From an uncultured Pseudomonadota bacterium (GTDB lineage Bacteria > SAR324 > NAC60-12), in assembly GCA_913020725.1 (NCBI GenBank), contig CAJWCD010000016.1, positions 1 through 38,002 of the forward strand: a stretch of 38,002 bases of DNA, read 5' to 3'. The notes beneath the pieces are model-generated. The model made no database searches and was not told the origin of the DNA. It saw only the letters and a list, made by a program, of their open reading frames with translations. The translations under genes and the position numbers were made by a program. Within the stretch, counting starts at the first letter, position 1, and each line of letters starts with the position of its first letter. This document shows, piece by piece, positions 9,143-18,658 of this stretch.

Positions 9143-10018
9143 ATGAGTTTTTGGGTGATCACCGATTCGGGGTTGGGAGGACTCTCCATCGCAGCCCGTT
9201 GTATGCAAATGCTTGAGGTTGCGCCCAAGTCGGCAGCAGCAATTTCCGGAGGCGAGTTGGTTTACGTCAACGCGGTTCCACATGAAGATCGTGGTTACAA
9301 CACGATGACCTCCCGCGCAGGACGCCTCAAAACCTTCCGAGCTTTGCTCCAGCGCGTGAACCGCGCTTTGCAGCCAGAGGGCATCTTGATCGCCTGCCAT
9401 TCGCTCTCGCTCTTCCTCCCGGAACTCAAGAATGAATTCAGCAGTGCGCTGGACCTGCGAGGCGTGGTCGAGTCAACACGGAGCCTTGCCCGGAAAACTC
9501 TCGCAGACACCGAGGAGGAACTGGTGATTTTCGCCACTCCTGCAACGGTTGCTGAAAGCGTTTACAAAAATGCCTTAACCGTCGAGCATCCGGAATGGGC
9601 GGGACGCATTCACGAGCAAGCCTGTCCAGAACTGGCCTCGGCGCTTTCTGCGGATGCCCACGGCGATGCGGCGCATGCACGGGTCGAGCACTTTGTCCGG
9701 GAGGCGCTTGCCCGGATTGCTCCAGAAAAACCGGTCTGCGGAATTTTAGGCTGCACCCACTACGGGTATCGCGCCGATTTTTTCCAAGCCGCACTCGCGA
9801 AGCACTGGCCCAATGCGAGTCACGTTCTTGACCCAAACGAAGCGGCAGCCTTAGAATTAACCGCAATGATTGGGACTCCGGAGCGGTTCCGTTTCATCAG
9901 TCCGTACCCAATCCCGGAGTTTGAAATGCAGACCGTGAGCGGTTTTCTCCAGCCCATTTCCGCAACGGTCGCAAACGCTTTCCGCAACGGAGAGATTCGT
10001 GAGGACTGGTCCGTTTAG
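9143..10018 (+). CDS. murI: Glutamate racemase-like (Asp/Glu racemase family)
   Basis: TDSGLGGLS N-terminal motif, two catalytic Cys motifs (IACHS, LGCTHY) and FATPATV; ATG 9143 preferred over 9044. Confidence 0.75.
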   Translation: MSFWVITDSGLGGLSIAARCMQMLEVAPKSAAAISGGELVYVNAVPHEDRGYNTMTSRAGRLKTFRALLQRVNRALQPEGILIACHSLSLFLPELKNEFSSALDLRGVVESTRSLARKTLADTEEELVIFATPATVAESVYKNALTVEHPEWAGRIHEQACPELASALSADAHGDAAHARVEHFVREALARIAPEKPVCGILGCTHYGYRADFFQAALAKHWPNASHVLDPNEAAALELTAMIGTPERFRFISPYPIPEFEMQTVSGFLQPISATVANAFRNGEIREDWSV

Positions 10019-10035
10019 ATTCTCAAATAATTGAA

Positions 10036-11577
10036 ATGTCAGGAAAAATCATTGTTCCGCTGGAGGATCGCGGATTTCTCATTGCCTATGAAGGCGTGTT
10101 GCCTCATAAGCTTCCGGCTCCGGAGGCGTCCGATCTGTTGTTCAAGGAGTCAGGAGTCAGGAGTCAGAAGTCAGAATTTAGCAGGCAGACAAACCACCAA
10201 GCTCGCGAACTCATTGAACTCCCCAACCAACCCGTCTTTCAGCTTGGCGCCTACACGCATCCAGAGCCTTGGCGTGAATTGGAAGATGGGCAGGTTTGCC
10301 AGAGTTTAACGGAATGGCAGTTTTCCGCAGCTTCCTGCCGCGCGCTTCGTGGGTGCGTTTGGAAGGAACCACATTCACTGGAGGAGATCAAAAACTGGCT
10401 CTTGCAGACTCCGGAGGATCCGCTGTGCAATGTCGCGCAGCAGGTCGGTGCGGCGGTCATTCATCCGGATCAACCGCTCAAATTCCAGCGGCTGGACATC
10501 CCCAAGCCGTGGGGATTTGAGGGCTGGTACACGGGTGTGGAAAAACGTGGGGTCGTCAGGGTCGGCGCTGCAACCGGAAGCACCGAACTGCCCCACGCGC
10601 TTTCACTGTTCCCCAGCGAATTGCATGGATCGCATCCGGAGCAATTGGTGCTGCTCAAGACGCTCAATCCCGTGCCGCAGGAAGTGCTGGGCGACCTCTA
10701 TCTTGAACTGCACGAGGAAAAGTGGGAGGTGTACGTCGTTACCGAAATCGACCGCGTGGCGTGGCCGGACGGCGAGGGCATCGTCAAAGCGGGGGGGCAT
10801 CCGGAAAAGCTTCGGCAGTTTCAAGAAACGCATGGCGCCGAATGGAAAGCCGCATTTCGGCAAGAGTTCCGGGAGACGATCCGACGCTACGAAAAAGTGC
10901 GGCGCGAAATTGACAAGCAGCTGGACGAAACCAAGCAACAATGGGGGCTTGACCCCAACGCTCCGCTCCAACCGGAGCAGCTTCAGCAACTGCTGGAAAC
11001 GGTCCCGGAAACACAGGCGCAGGTGGAGCGCAATCTACGTCTGGAGGTGGAGGGTTTCATCGGCGACTGCCGGGTGCGCGTCGGCGACATCGTGGTCTTT
11101 CCCACCTTCAACCTGCACTCGCTCCGACACGGCATCCGCGTGGTGGAATTCCAAACCCCGCACTACGAGCGGCGCATCGCGTTTTTCGGGCAGAAGGTGC
11201 TGACCCAAGCGCATTGGGACACCGACCGCGCCCTAGAGGTGATGGACCTTGTGCCCTATCAACCACCTGCCCTCCAACTGGTGCGGGTGGAGGCCGGGGT
11301 GCGGGTGGAGCAGTTTGTGGATTTTCCGGATTTCCGTGCGTTCCGTGTCACGCTTGCAGCAGGGCAGTCCTGTGCTTGGGAGACCGGAGCCGAATATCAC
11401 CTCTGGATTGCCGTGAACGGCACGGTGTCGTTTGGCTGGACGGAAGGTGCGACGGAGTTGTCTGCCGAGGAGTCGTTGATGATGCCGGTGGCGCGAGGAA
11501 CTTACGAGGTGAGCAACCCCGGTTCGGAACCGCTGATTTTGCTGCTGGCGCAACCACACTCAACTGCGAACGGATGA
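10036..11577 (+). CDS. Cupin protein, type I phosphomannose-isomerase-like
   Basis: PKPWG.E.W, LLK.L, LELHEEK.E and HSL..G..V.E.Q motifs parallel the PMI type I metal-binding motifs; long helical insertion; C-terminal cupin. Confidence 0.6.
   Translation: MSGKIIVPLEDRGFLIAYEGVLPHKLPAPEASDLLFKESGVRSQKSEFSRQTNHQARELIELPNQPVFQLGAYTHPEPWRELEDGQVCQSLTEWQFSAASCRALRGCVWKEPHSLEEIKNWLLQTPEDPLCNVAQQVGAAVIHPDQPLKFQRLDIPKPWGFEGWYTGVEKRGVVRVGAATGSTELPHALSLFPSELHGSHPEQLVLLKTLNPVPQEVLGDLYLELHEEKWEVYVVTEIDRVAWPDGEGIVKAGGHPEKLRQFQETHGAEWKAAFRQEFRETIRRYEKVRREIDKQLDETKQQWGLDPNAPLQPEQLQQLLETVPETQAQVERNLRLEVEGFIGDCRVRVGDIVVFPTFNLHSLRHGIRVVEFQTPHYERRIAFFGQKVLTQAHWDTDRALEVMDLVPYQPPALQLVRVEAGVRVEQFVDFPDFRAFRVTLAAGQSCAWETGAEYHLWIAVNGTVSFGWTEGATELSAEESLMMPVARGTYEVSNPGSEPLILLLAQPHSTANG
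10145..10179 (+). repeat. Heptamer tandem repeat (AGGAGTC)3-AGAAGTC-AGAATTT inside a CDS
   Basis: Read directly from the sequence; encodes ESGVRSQKSEF. Confidence 0.85.
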
Positions 11578-11653
11578 GAAGTCTACTTCTGCTTTTGATG
11601 AACCACCGATAATCAAAGGGTAGTGGCTCAGTTGTACATGACATCCTGATGTT

Positions 11654-11735
11654 GTCATTCCGGGCGAAGCATTGCGCAGACCCGGAATCCATTTGCTGGA
11701 CAAGTGCTGCTGGATTCCTGCTTGCGCGGGAATGA
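11654..11735. repeat. REP/dRS3/RPE-like palindromic element (two ATTCC..GGAAT hairpins in inverted arrangement)
   Basis: GTCATTCCGGG...CCCGGAATCCA-spacer-TGGATTCCTGCTTGCGCGGGAATGA; matches the widespread GTCATTCCCGCG..GCGGGAATCCA repeat architecture. Confidence 0.75.
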
Positions 11736-11837
11736 GCAAGAACGTGGGTAGCTATCATTTAGCTGATGTGCCAACTACCAGTTGCGTTTCTTTGTGAACT
11801 TGGAGGACAATTTCAACATAAAAACAGAGAATGCAGC

Positions 11838-11957
11838 ATGAAATTTTTTAATCGAGCCAGGCCGATTCGTCCTGAAGATCATTACCATTTGAACCCTCTG
11901 GAACGCTTTGATTTTGAGGATTTTCTTTGTTTGATTGAAGAAAAAAACTATTTTGTC
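11838..11957 (+). pseudogene. N-terminal relic of an AAA-type ATPase gene
   Basis: MKFFNRARPIRPEDHYHLNPLERFD...LIEEKNYFV resembles the FFN.AGP..P.DHY...PL.R...LI....YFVLHAPRQ.GKT start of a known ATPase family, but breaks off just before Walker A; locally AT-rich. Confidence 0.6.
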
Positions 11958-12093
11958 AAGTCTCAGAATTTTCAGGAAAAACAATCACCGTTTACGGAAT
12001 GTGAGAAAGATCATTATTCAGCAAGCCGGAGACGAAGGTGGCAATTTCATTTTCATCCGGAAGGAGTGGCAACCTTGACGGAACCGCCGTTTG

Positions 12094-12495
12094 CTACAGC
12101 ATCGGGTTGCGACGCAGCGTGAGGGTGAAGGAGGCTCCGGATTCCGTGGAGTCCGGGAGCGAGAAGGTCTGGATGAGGTGCCCCTGCGCGGAAATCCGCA
12201 CGGCGTTGTGAGCTTCGGAAAGCGCAAGCAGGGAGTGCCCGGAGAAATCGGTGACCCAAGTGCTGTTGCCGGAGGTGAGGATCGCGCCGCCCACAGGTTG
12301 GGCGTTGTGATCTTGTACAAGGACTTTCAGGAGCGAAAGTCCATCCGTAAGGGTGGCGGCTACCGTTTCCGGAAAGTCGTGAGGCGCTACGGAAACGCGG
12401 AACAAATCGGCCTCTTCTTGAATCCAAGCGAATCCGCTCGAAATTCCAAGCAAACTCAACCCTAAGCAAAGAATCAGAAAATACTGTTTGGGCAT
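12094..12495 (-). CDS. Secreted hypothetical protein, carboxypeptidase-regulatory/prealbumin-like fold
   Basis: Signal peptide (MPKQYFLILCLGLSLLGISSGFA) and V.D....PV.GA......TD..G motif. Confidence 0.6.
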   Translation of the reverse strand: MPKQYFLILCLGLSLLGISSGFAWIQEEADLFRVSVAPHDFPETVAATLTDGLSLLKVLVQDHNAQPVGGAILTSGNSTWVTDFSGHSLLALSEAHNAVRISAQGHLIQTFSLPDSTESGASFTLTLRRNPML

Positions 12496-12537
12496 CGGTG
12501 TCACCAGTGGTAGCTTGTCCAAGCATTGAAGAAAAAA

Positions 12538-14973
12538 ATGCAAAAACCATGCTCCCAACCCTCCCACGGGTCTCCGGTGGTGGAGGTCGCACTCAACCTA
12601 CCCCTGCGCAAGACCTTCGATTACCGTTGGCCGGACGATTTTCCGCAAGCTCCCCAACCCGGAATTCGGGTGCTGGTTCCCTTTGGAAACAGCAAGCGTG
12701 GGGGCATGGTGGTCCGGAGCAAGCCGACCTCGGAGCATCCGCGTCTCAAGTCCGTCTCCGAGGCGCTGGACGAGCAACCCGCCTTGGCTTTGGAACTGCT
12801 CGAACTCAGTCGCTGGGTGGCGGAATACTACCTCGGCAGTTGGGGGGAGGTGTTGCATGCCGCAATGCCGGGGGGGCTGGGAATGCGGATGGAAACGCGC
12901 TTCTGGCCGTTGCAAAAAACCCTGCCCGGATATGAGGATTTGAGCACACCCCTTCAGAAATTGGTGCCCCGCGAATCGTGGACGCAAAAAGACTGGCAGC
13001 AGGCACAACCCACGGTTTGGGACGAAACGCGGCTCGAGCAGTGGCTACGGGACGGAGCCGTGCGCAAGGCGCATCAGCCGACCGGAATCAAGCTCAAGCC
13101 CCGCATGGAACGTTGGGTGCGTCTGCGACCGAACGCTGCACCAGAGCCACCTCCAACCAAACGGAAGACCAAACGCATCGAGGTGCTGAAACTACTGGAG
13201 CAAACTCCAGAGTGGTCGTGGAAAGCGTTGCAAACCGAGGTCTCGAACGCGGGTGCGGCACTCCGGAAACTCGCGGAGGAGGGCAAAATTGAGGTTTTTG
13301 AACGCAGAATCTTCCGGCGGTTTCTGCCACAAGCTCTTCCGGAGCGCGAAGCTTATCTCACCCTCAATCTCGCACAGGCCGAGGCATTTTCCGAGATTGA
13401 CCGCAACCTCAAATCCAGAACCTACCAGACTTTTCTGCTCGAAGGGGTCACGGGCAGCGGCAAGACCGAGGTTTATCTTCACGCCGTCCGCACGGCTCGC
13501 AAGCTGGGCAAGTCGTGTCTCGTACTGGTCCCGGAAATCGCGCTCACACCGCAGTTGGTCAACCGTTTCCACACACGCTTTGGCGATGAGATCGCGGTGC
13601 TGCACAGCGGCATGGACGACGGAGAACGGCTGGACGAGTGGTCGCGGGTACGGCAGGGGTTGGCGTTCATCGTCATCGGGGCACGGAGCGCGGTGTTCGC
13701 GCCGCTGGAGAATTTGGGGCTGATCATCCTTGATGAGGAACATGATTCCTCCTACAAGCAAGGGGAGTCGCCGCGCTATCACGGGCGTGATGTCGCAATC
13801 ATGCGCGGGTATCGCTGCGGGGCGACGGTGGTGCTGGGTTCCGCAACCCCCTCGCTGGAATCGGTTCACAACGTGGCTTCCGGAAAATACACGCCGCTCA
13901 CGCTTCCGGAGCGTGTTGAACAAGCCGAACTCCCTGAGATTCGAGTGCTGGATTTGCGCAACACTCCTCGGCTTCCGGGCAGTCCATTTCTCTCGGAACC
14001 CCTTTTGGCGGCGATGCAGGAACGCTTGCAACGCCGTGAGCAAACCATCCTCTTTCTCAACCGCCGGGGTTACGCGCCGCTCGTGCTGTGTCCGGATTGC
14101 CAACACACCCACACCTGCCCGCATTGCAGCCTCTCGCTGGTGTTGCACCAAGGAATCGGACGGTTGCGCTGCCACCAGTGCGAGTTCGCTCAGCCGCTAC
14201 CCTCTCGCTGTCCCGGATGCCGCACAGAACGCCCTCCAAAAATCATCGGCGTGGGCACCGAACAGGTCGAATCCGAGTTGAACCTACGCTTGCCGGATGC
14301 CCGCATTTTGCGCATGGACCGCGACACCCTGCACGGCAAGCACGCGCTTTCCCGGATGTACGAGCGCATCCGGCAACACGAGGTGGACCTCGTGATTGGC
14401 ACCCAGTTGGTCACCAAGGGACACGACTTTCCGGAAGTCACGCTCGTTGGGGTGTTGCTTGCGGACCTTGGACTCAACCTCCCGGATTTCCGGGCGAGCG
14501 AGCGCACCTTCCAACTGCTCACACAGGTTTCCGGACGCGCCGGACGAGGGACCAAACCGGGTGAGGTGATCATCCAGTCTTACAATCCTCGGCATCACAG
14601 CGTCCTCTGCGCCCAAGCTCACGACCCCAGTGGTTTCCGCAAACTCGAACTCGCACGCCGTGACGAACTAAGACTCCCCCCCTTCCAACACCTTGCACTC
14701 GTGGTTTGTGCGAGTCCGGACGAACGACGGGCCACGCACTTGGCCGAACAATTGGCCTCCCGACTTTCCGCATGCAACCCCAGCGTGCGCTGGAGCGGCC
14801 CAACGGAAGCCCCGTTCCGCAAGCTGCGGTCCCGCTACCGCGTCCAGCTTTTGCTGCGAGCCGTACAAGTAAGCCTCTTGCGCCAAGTCCTGAAGCGTTT
14901 GCTGGAACCGGAACTTTCCTTGCGCCGTAACGAACAGGTGATCGTGGACGTGGATCCCGTGGATTTGCTGTAA
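12538..14973 (+). CDS. priA: Primosomal protein N' (replication restart helicase)
   Basis: GVTGSGKTEVY, DEEH, LNRRGY, four CxxC Zn motifs, GTQLVTKGHDFP, QVSGRAGR and terminal DVDP. Confidence 0.97.
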   Translation: MQKPCSQPSHGSPVVEVALNLPLRKTFDYRWPDDFPQAPQPGIRVLVPFGNSKRGGMVVRSKPTSEHPRLKSVSEALDEQPALALELLELSRWVAEYYLGSWGEVLHAAMPGGLGMRMETRFWPLQKTLPGYEDLSTPLQKLVPRESWTQKDWQQAQPTVWDETRLEQWLRDGAVRKAHQPTGIKLKPRMERWVRLRPNAAPEPPPTKRKTKRIEVLKLLEQTPEWSWKALQTEVSNAGAALRKLAEEGKIEVFERRIFRRFLPQALPEREAYLTLNLAQAEAFSEIDRNLKSRTYQTFLLEGVTGSGKTEVYLHAVRTARKLGKSCLVLVPEIALTPQLVNRFHTRFGDEIAVLHSGMDDGERLDEWSRVRQGLAFIVIGARSAVFAPLENLGLIILDEEHDSSYKQGESPRYHGRDVAIMRGYRCGATVVLGSATPSLESVHNVASGKYTPLTLPERVEQAELPEIRVLDLRNTPRLPGSPFLSEPLLAAMQERLQRREQTILFLNRRGYAPLVLCPDCQHTHTCPHCSLSLVLHQGIGRLRCHQCEFAQPLPSRCPGCRTERPPKIIGVGTEQVESELNLRLPDARILRMDRDTLHGKHALSRMYERIRQHEVDLVIGTQLVTKGHDFPEVTLVGVLLADLGLNLPDFRASERTFQLLTQVSGRAGRGTKPGEVIIQSYNPRHHSVLCAQAHDPSGFRKLELARRDELRLPPFQHLALVVCASPDERRATHLAEQLASRLSACNPSVRWSGPTEAPFRKLRSRYRVQLLLRAVQVSLLRQVLKRLLEPELSLRRNEQVIVDVDPVDLL

Positions 14974-15076
14974 GTCCGAGCCATCATCAGACTTGAGGGT
15001 TCAAGCGAGTACGCTACGCTGGTTCCGTTTCGCATTGACAAACACATTTTGACAACCCCATCACCAGCAACTCCAC

Positions 15077-16432
15077 ATGCCCGACACGCAATTCTTCACC
15101 GATCATAACGCCCGCCACGTGTTTCACCCAATGGGGCATCCGGCAGAAATCCAGTCCAACCCTCCCCGTATCATCTGCAAGGGTGAGGGCGTGTTCATCG
15201 AGGACGAGCAGGGCAACCGTGTGGTGGACGCAGTGGGAGGTTTGTGGAATGTCAACCTCGGCTATTCTTGCGAGCCGATCAAGCAGGCGATTGCCGAGCA
15301 ATTAGCAGAACTGCCCTACTACTCGTCGTTCCGGGGCACGACCACTCCGGGCGTGATCGAGCTTTCGGAACGGCTCACGCAACTGCTTGCGCCTGAAAAA
15401 ATGCGGCGGGCTTTCTTCACCTCCGGAGGTTCGGACAGCATCGAAACCGCCCTGCGCTTGGCACGGCAATACTGGAAGGTGCAGGGGCAGGGGGACCGCT
15501 ACAAGTTCATGTCCTTCAAGAAGGGCTACCACGGCACCCATTTTGGCGGGGCGTCCATCAACGGAAGCGACCGCTTCCGGCGCGGATACGAGCCGATGCT
15601 GCCGGGTTGCATCCATGTACTCTTTCCCGCGCTTTACCGAAACCCACTGGGCGCAACTGATCCGGAAGCACTGGCCGAGCAGTGCCTCGCCCTGATCGAG
15701 GACGAGATCAAGTTCCAGAATGCAGACACGATTGCCGCCTTCATCGCCGAGCCGGTTTTGGGAGCCGGAGGAGTGTATCCGCCGCCGCCCAACCTCTGGC
15801 CGGGGCTACGTGCCCTCTGCGACAAATACGACATCCTGCTGATTGCCGACGAGGTCATCACGGGCTTCGGGCGGGCAGGCGACTGGTTCGGCAGCCGCGT
15901 CTGGGGCGTGGCTCCAGACATCATCTGCCTCGCCAAGGCGATCACTTCCGGTTACTTCCCGCTGGGTGCGGTGATGCTCAACGAAAAGCTCGAAACCGCC
16001 TTCATGCAGGATCAAGAACAACTGGCGGCGATTTACCACGGCTACACCTACTCCGGACACCCTGTTGGGTGCGCCGCTGCGCTCACTGCGTTGGACGAAA
16101 CCTTCAAGCTCGACCTGCCCGGAAATTCACTGGCACGGGGCGAACAGATCATGAACCGCCTGCAAGCCTTGCAGGACGAGGTGGAAATCATCGGAGAAGT
16201 CCGGGGTCGTGGCTTGATGGTCGGGATCGAACTCGTCTCGGACCGGGACGCCAAAACTCCGCTTTCCCCACAAATCGCCGGAGCCATCGGCAACGCCACC
16301 TTTGAGGCAGGAGTCTTCGTGCGGATTTCCGGGAACATCATCATCCTCTCCCCGCCGCTAATCCTGAGCGCATCCGAGGCGGATCAGATTTGTGATGCCT
16401 TGGAGGTTGGACTGAAATCGGTTTCCCTATAA
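15077..16432 (+). CDS. Class-III PLP aminotransferase (omega-amino acid/BioA-like)
   Basis: GGLWNVNLG, SGGSDS, GYHG, LIADEVITGFGR, LAKAITSGY (PLP Lys), HGYTYSGHP. Confidence 0.93.
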   Translation: MPDTQFFTDHNARHVFHPMGHPAEIQSNPPRIICKGEGVFIEDEQGNRVVDAVGGLWNVNLGYSCEPIKQAIAEQLAELPYYSSFRGTTTPGVIELSERLTQLLAPEKMRRAFFTSGGSDSIETALRLARQYWKVQGQGDRYKFMSFKKGYHGTHFGGASINGSDRFRRGYEPMLPGCIHVLFPALYRNPLGATDPEALAEQCLALIEDEIKFQNADTIAAFIAEPVLGAGGVYPPPPNLWPGLRALCDKYDILLIADEVITGFGRAGDWFGSRVWGVAPDIICLAKAITSGYFPLGAVMLNEKLETAFMQDQEQLAAIYHGYTYSGHPVGCAAALTALDETFKLDLPGNSLARGEQIMNRLQALQDEVEIIGEVRGRGLMVGIELVSDRDAKTPLSPQIAGAIGNATFEAGVFVRISGNIIILSPPLILSASEADQICDALEVGLKSVSL

Positions 16433-16438
16433 CCCATC

Positions 16439-16957
16439 GTGTCTTCCCGACTCGAACTCGGCCTGCGGGTGTTCGCACTGGTGGCGTCGGTCTCCTTGCT
16501 CACGCAGATTGATGCGCAGACAAAGTGGATCAAGCGCGTGGATTTGACGATGCAACCGCGTCTTTGGCCGATCCTCGCATTGGTGTTGATGGTCGTGTCC
16601 GCACTGGCGATGTGCGTTGTTGGGTTCCGCAAACTGCGCAGCAATCAAGTGCAATCCGCACTCCCTGAACGCTCCCTGTTGCTGGAGTGGTGGCTACCGT
16701 TCGAATACAGCCTTTGGTTCCTCGCATATGTTTATGTTGTTGGTCTCGCAGGTTATCTGTTGGCAACACTGGGCTTCATGCTCGTGCTGACCTACCGCGC
16801 AGGTTTCCGGGAAAAACGCTGGTTTGGTTGGGCCGTGGTCGTCGGCTTGACGGTGGTGCTGTCGTTCCGGACGGCACTTCAGGTGCGGTTGCCGAGTGGT
16901 CAGCTTTACGAGTTCCTGCTCCCGGGGTTCCGCAATTTCATGATCACTTATTTCTAG
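16439..16957 (+). CDS. tctB: Tripartite tricarboxylate transporter small membrane subunit
   Basis: Four TM helices, P..WP motif, GYLLAT, C-terminal F...L.V.LP.G; directly before tctA. Confidence 0.8.
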   Translation: MSSRLELGLRVFALVASVSLLTQIDAQTKWIKRVDLTMQPRLWPILALVLMVVSALAMCVVGFRKLRSNQVQSALPERSLLLEWWLPFEYSLWFLAYVYVVGLAGYLLATLGFMLVLTYRAGFREKRWFGWAVVVGLTVVLSFRTALQVRLPSGQLYEFLLPGFRNFMITYF

Positions 16958-16966
16958 CGGCCTCCT

Positions 16967-18468
16967 GTGTTGGAACTTTTGTTGGAGGGTTTGCTGAACA
17001 TCGCCCGCCTGGATGTCGCGCTGGCGCTGGTGATTGGTGCCGTGGGTGGCGTCATCATCGGGGCAATTCCGGGAGTCGGCCCGGCAGTGGCGATTGCGAT
17101 TCTGCTGCCCGCGACCTACAAGCTCGATCCGCTGGTGGGGTTGACGCTGCTGCTTGGCATCTACGGTGCTTCGATGTACGGCGGGGCGATTCCGGCGATC
17201 CTCATCAACACCCCCGGAACTCCGGTCAACGCGCTGACGACCTACGATGGTTACAGCATGACCAAGCAGGGGCAGCCAAGGCGGGCGCTTTCGCTGGCGT
17301 ACAGCGCAAGTTTTGTGGGGGGCATGATCAGCATTCTCGCACTGCTCACCTTGGCTCCCAACCTTGCGGCTATCGCCCATACTTTGGCAGTCGAGAAATC
17401 TTCCTCGCCGCACTGCTCGGCCTTGTGCTGGTGATTGTGGTCCACCGCGACCATACGCTTGCTGCTGCCTTTTTGGTGGGGTTAGGAGTATTCTTCGCCA
17501 CGGTCGGCATGGAACCCGTGCGGCTTTCAACGCGCTTCACCTTCGGAATCTCATGGTTGCGCGGGGGCTTCCATTTGATTCCGGTGGTTCTCGGACTCTT
17601 CGCCATCTCGCAAGCTTTCATTTTGTTGATTGGAAGCCCCGCCAAGCACAAGATGCCCAAGCTCACGGGCAGCCCCTTTGAGGGTTTGCTGGAGGTCTTC
17701 CGCATGAAGCGCGTGGCCGTGTCCTCCTCAGTGTTTGGAATCATCATGGGAATCATCCCCGGAGTCGGAGAATTCCTCGCGCAGTTCTTCTCGTACAACC
17801 TTGCGCAAAAACTCTCGAAAACTCCGGAGCAATTCGGAAAAGGCTCTCCGGAGGGCTTGATCGCCTCGGAAGCCGCGAACAACGCCGTGCCTGCCGCCGC
17901 GATGATTCCGCTGCTCGCGCTCGGCATTCCGGGAGAGGCGCTGACCGCGATGATGCTCTCGGTGTTCCGGGTTCACAACCTTGTTCCCGGACCCAAGCTT
18001 TTCCAAACTCAGCAAGATTTGGTCGTCAGCCTCTACCTCTGCCTCTTCATCACCAACCTGCTCATCCTCGCCTTTCTGCTGGTTTCGACCCCCTTGTTGA
18101 TCCGGGTGATCCATGTTCCGGAGCGTTTTTTGGGGGTTTCCGTGCTGGCACTTTCGCTAGTCGGAGTTTACTCGATCCGCAACCAAGTCACCGATTGCTG
18201 GATTGCCACTGCGTTCGGACTGTTTGGTTATGTGCTGCGGCGCGTCGACTGGCCGCTGGTGCCGATCATCCTCGGCATCATCCTCGGTGAGATCATGGAG
18301 GAGAAATTCCGAGCCAGCCTTGCCCGCGTGGAAACCCCACTGGACTTTGTGACCCGACCCGCTGCCGCCACCATCGCCGCACTGATCGCCCTCGCCCTGC
18401 TCTCCCATCTGGTCGCGGAATTCCGCAGTTGGAAAGTACGGCGGAGTCTTGCTGCCGTGGAGCCGTAG
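16967..18468 (+). pseudogene. tctA: Tripartite tricarboxylate transporter large subunit with a single -1 frameshift near 17376-17378 (possibly a sequencing error)
   Basis: N-half has GAIPG and YGGAIPAILINTPGTP...DGY; C-half in another frame has EAANNA and PLLALGIPG; adding one C gives AIAPYFGSREIF and a 501-codon ORF. Confidence 0.85.
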
Positions 18469-18484
18469 CCTCCGGACGGTTAAC

Positions 18485-18533
18485 AAAAAAAAGAACGGTG
18501 GCTCTTGACTCTACAAGTTAAGGGCGATAGAAT
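18485..18533 (+). promoter_or_regulatory. Sigma70-type promoter of the ABC operon
   Basis: TTGACT (18505-18510), 17-nt spacer, TAGAAT (18528-18533), preceded by an A-tract (UP-like). Confidence 0.7.
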
Positions 18534-18658
18534 TGCGCGTGTGCAAGTGTCTGCTCAAAAGCCAACGGGCCGTTGGTGCTCTCACGCTAGACGCTAAACC
18601 CATACGATAGGGTTGACCTTGGTTCACCCATTTTACTAACTCTTTCAAGGAGAAAACC

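Noticed and set aside
15035..15056. TTGACAA direct repeat upstream of the aminotransferase as promoter or operator
   Set aside because: No matching -10 at proper spacing and no regulator nearby; insufficient support.
16687..17375. N-terminal part of the 593-aa ORF
   Set aside because: Off-frame read-through over tctB and the true tctA 5' half; only the part after ~17380 is TctA-like.
17360..17420. Programmed ribosomal frameshift in tctA
   Set aside because: No slippery heptamer or obvious stimulatory structure; a single-base loss is the simpler explanation.
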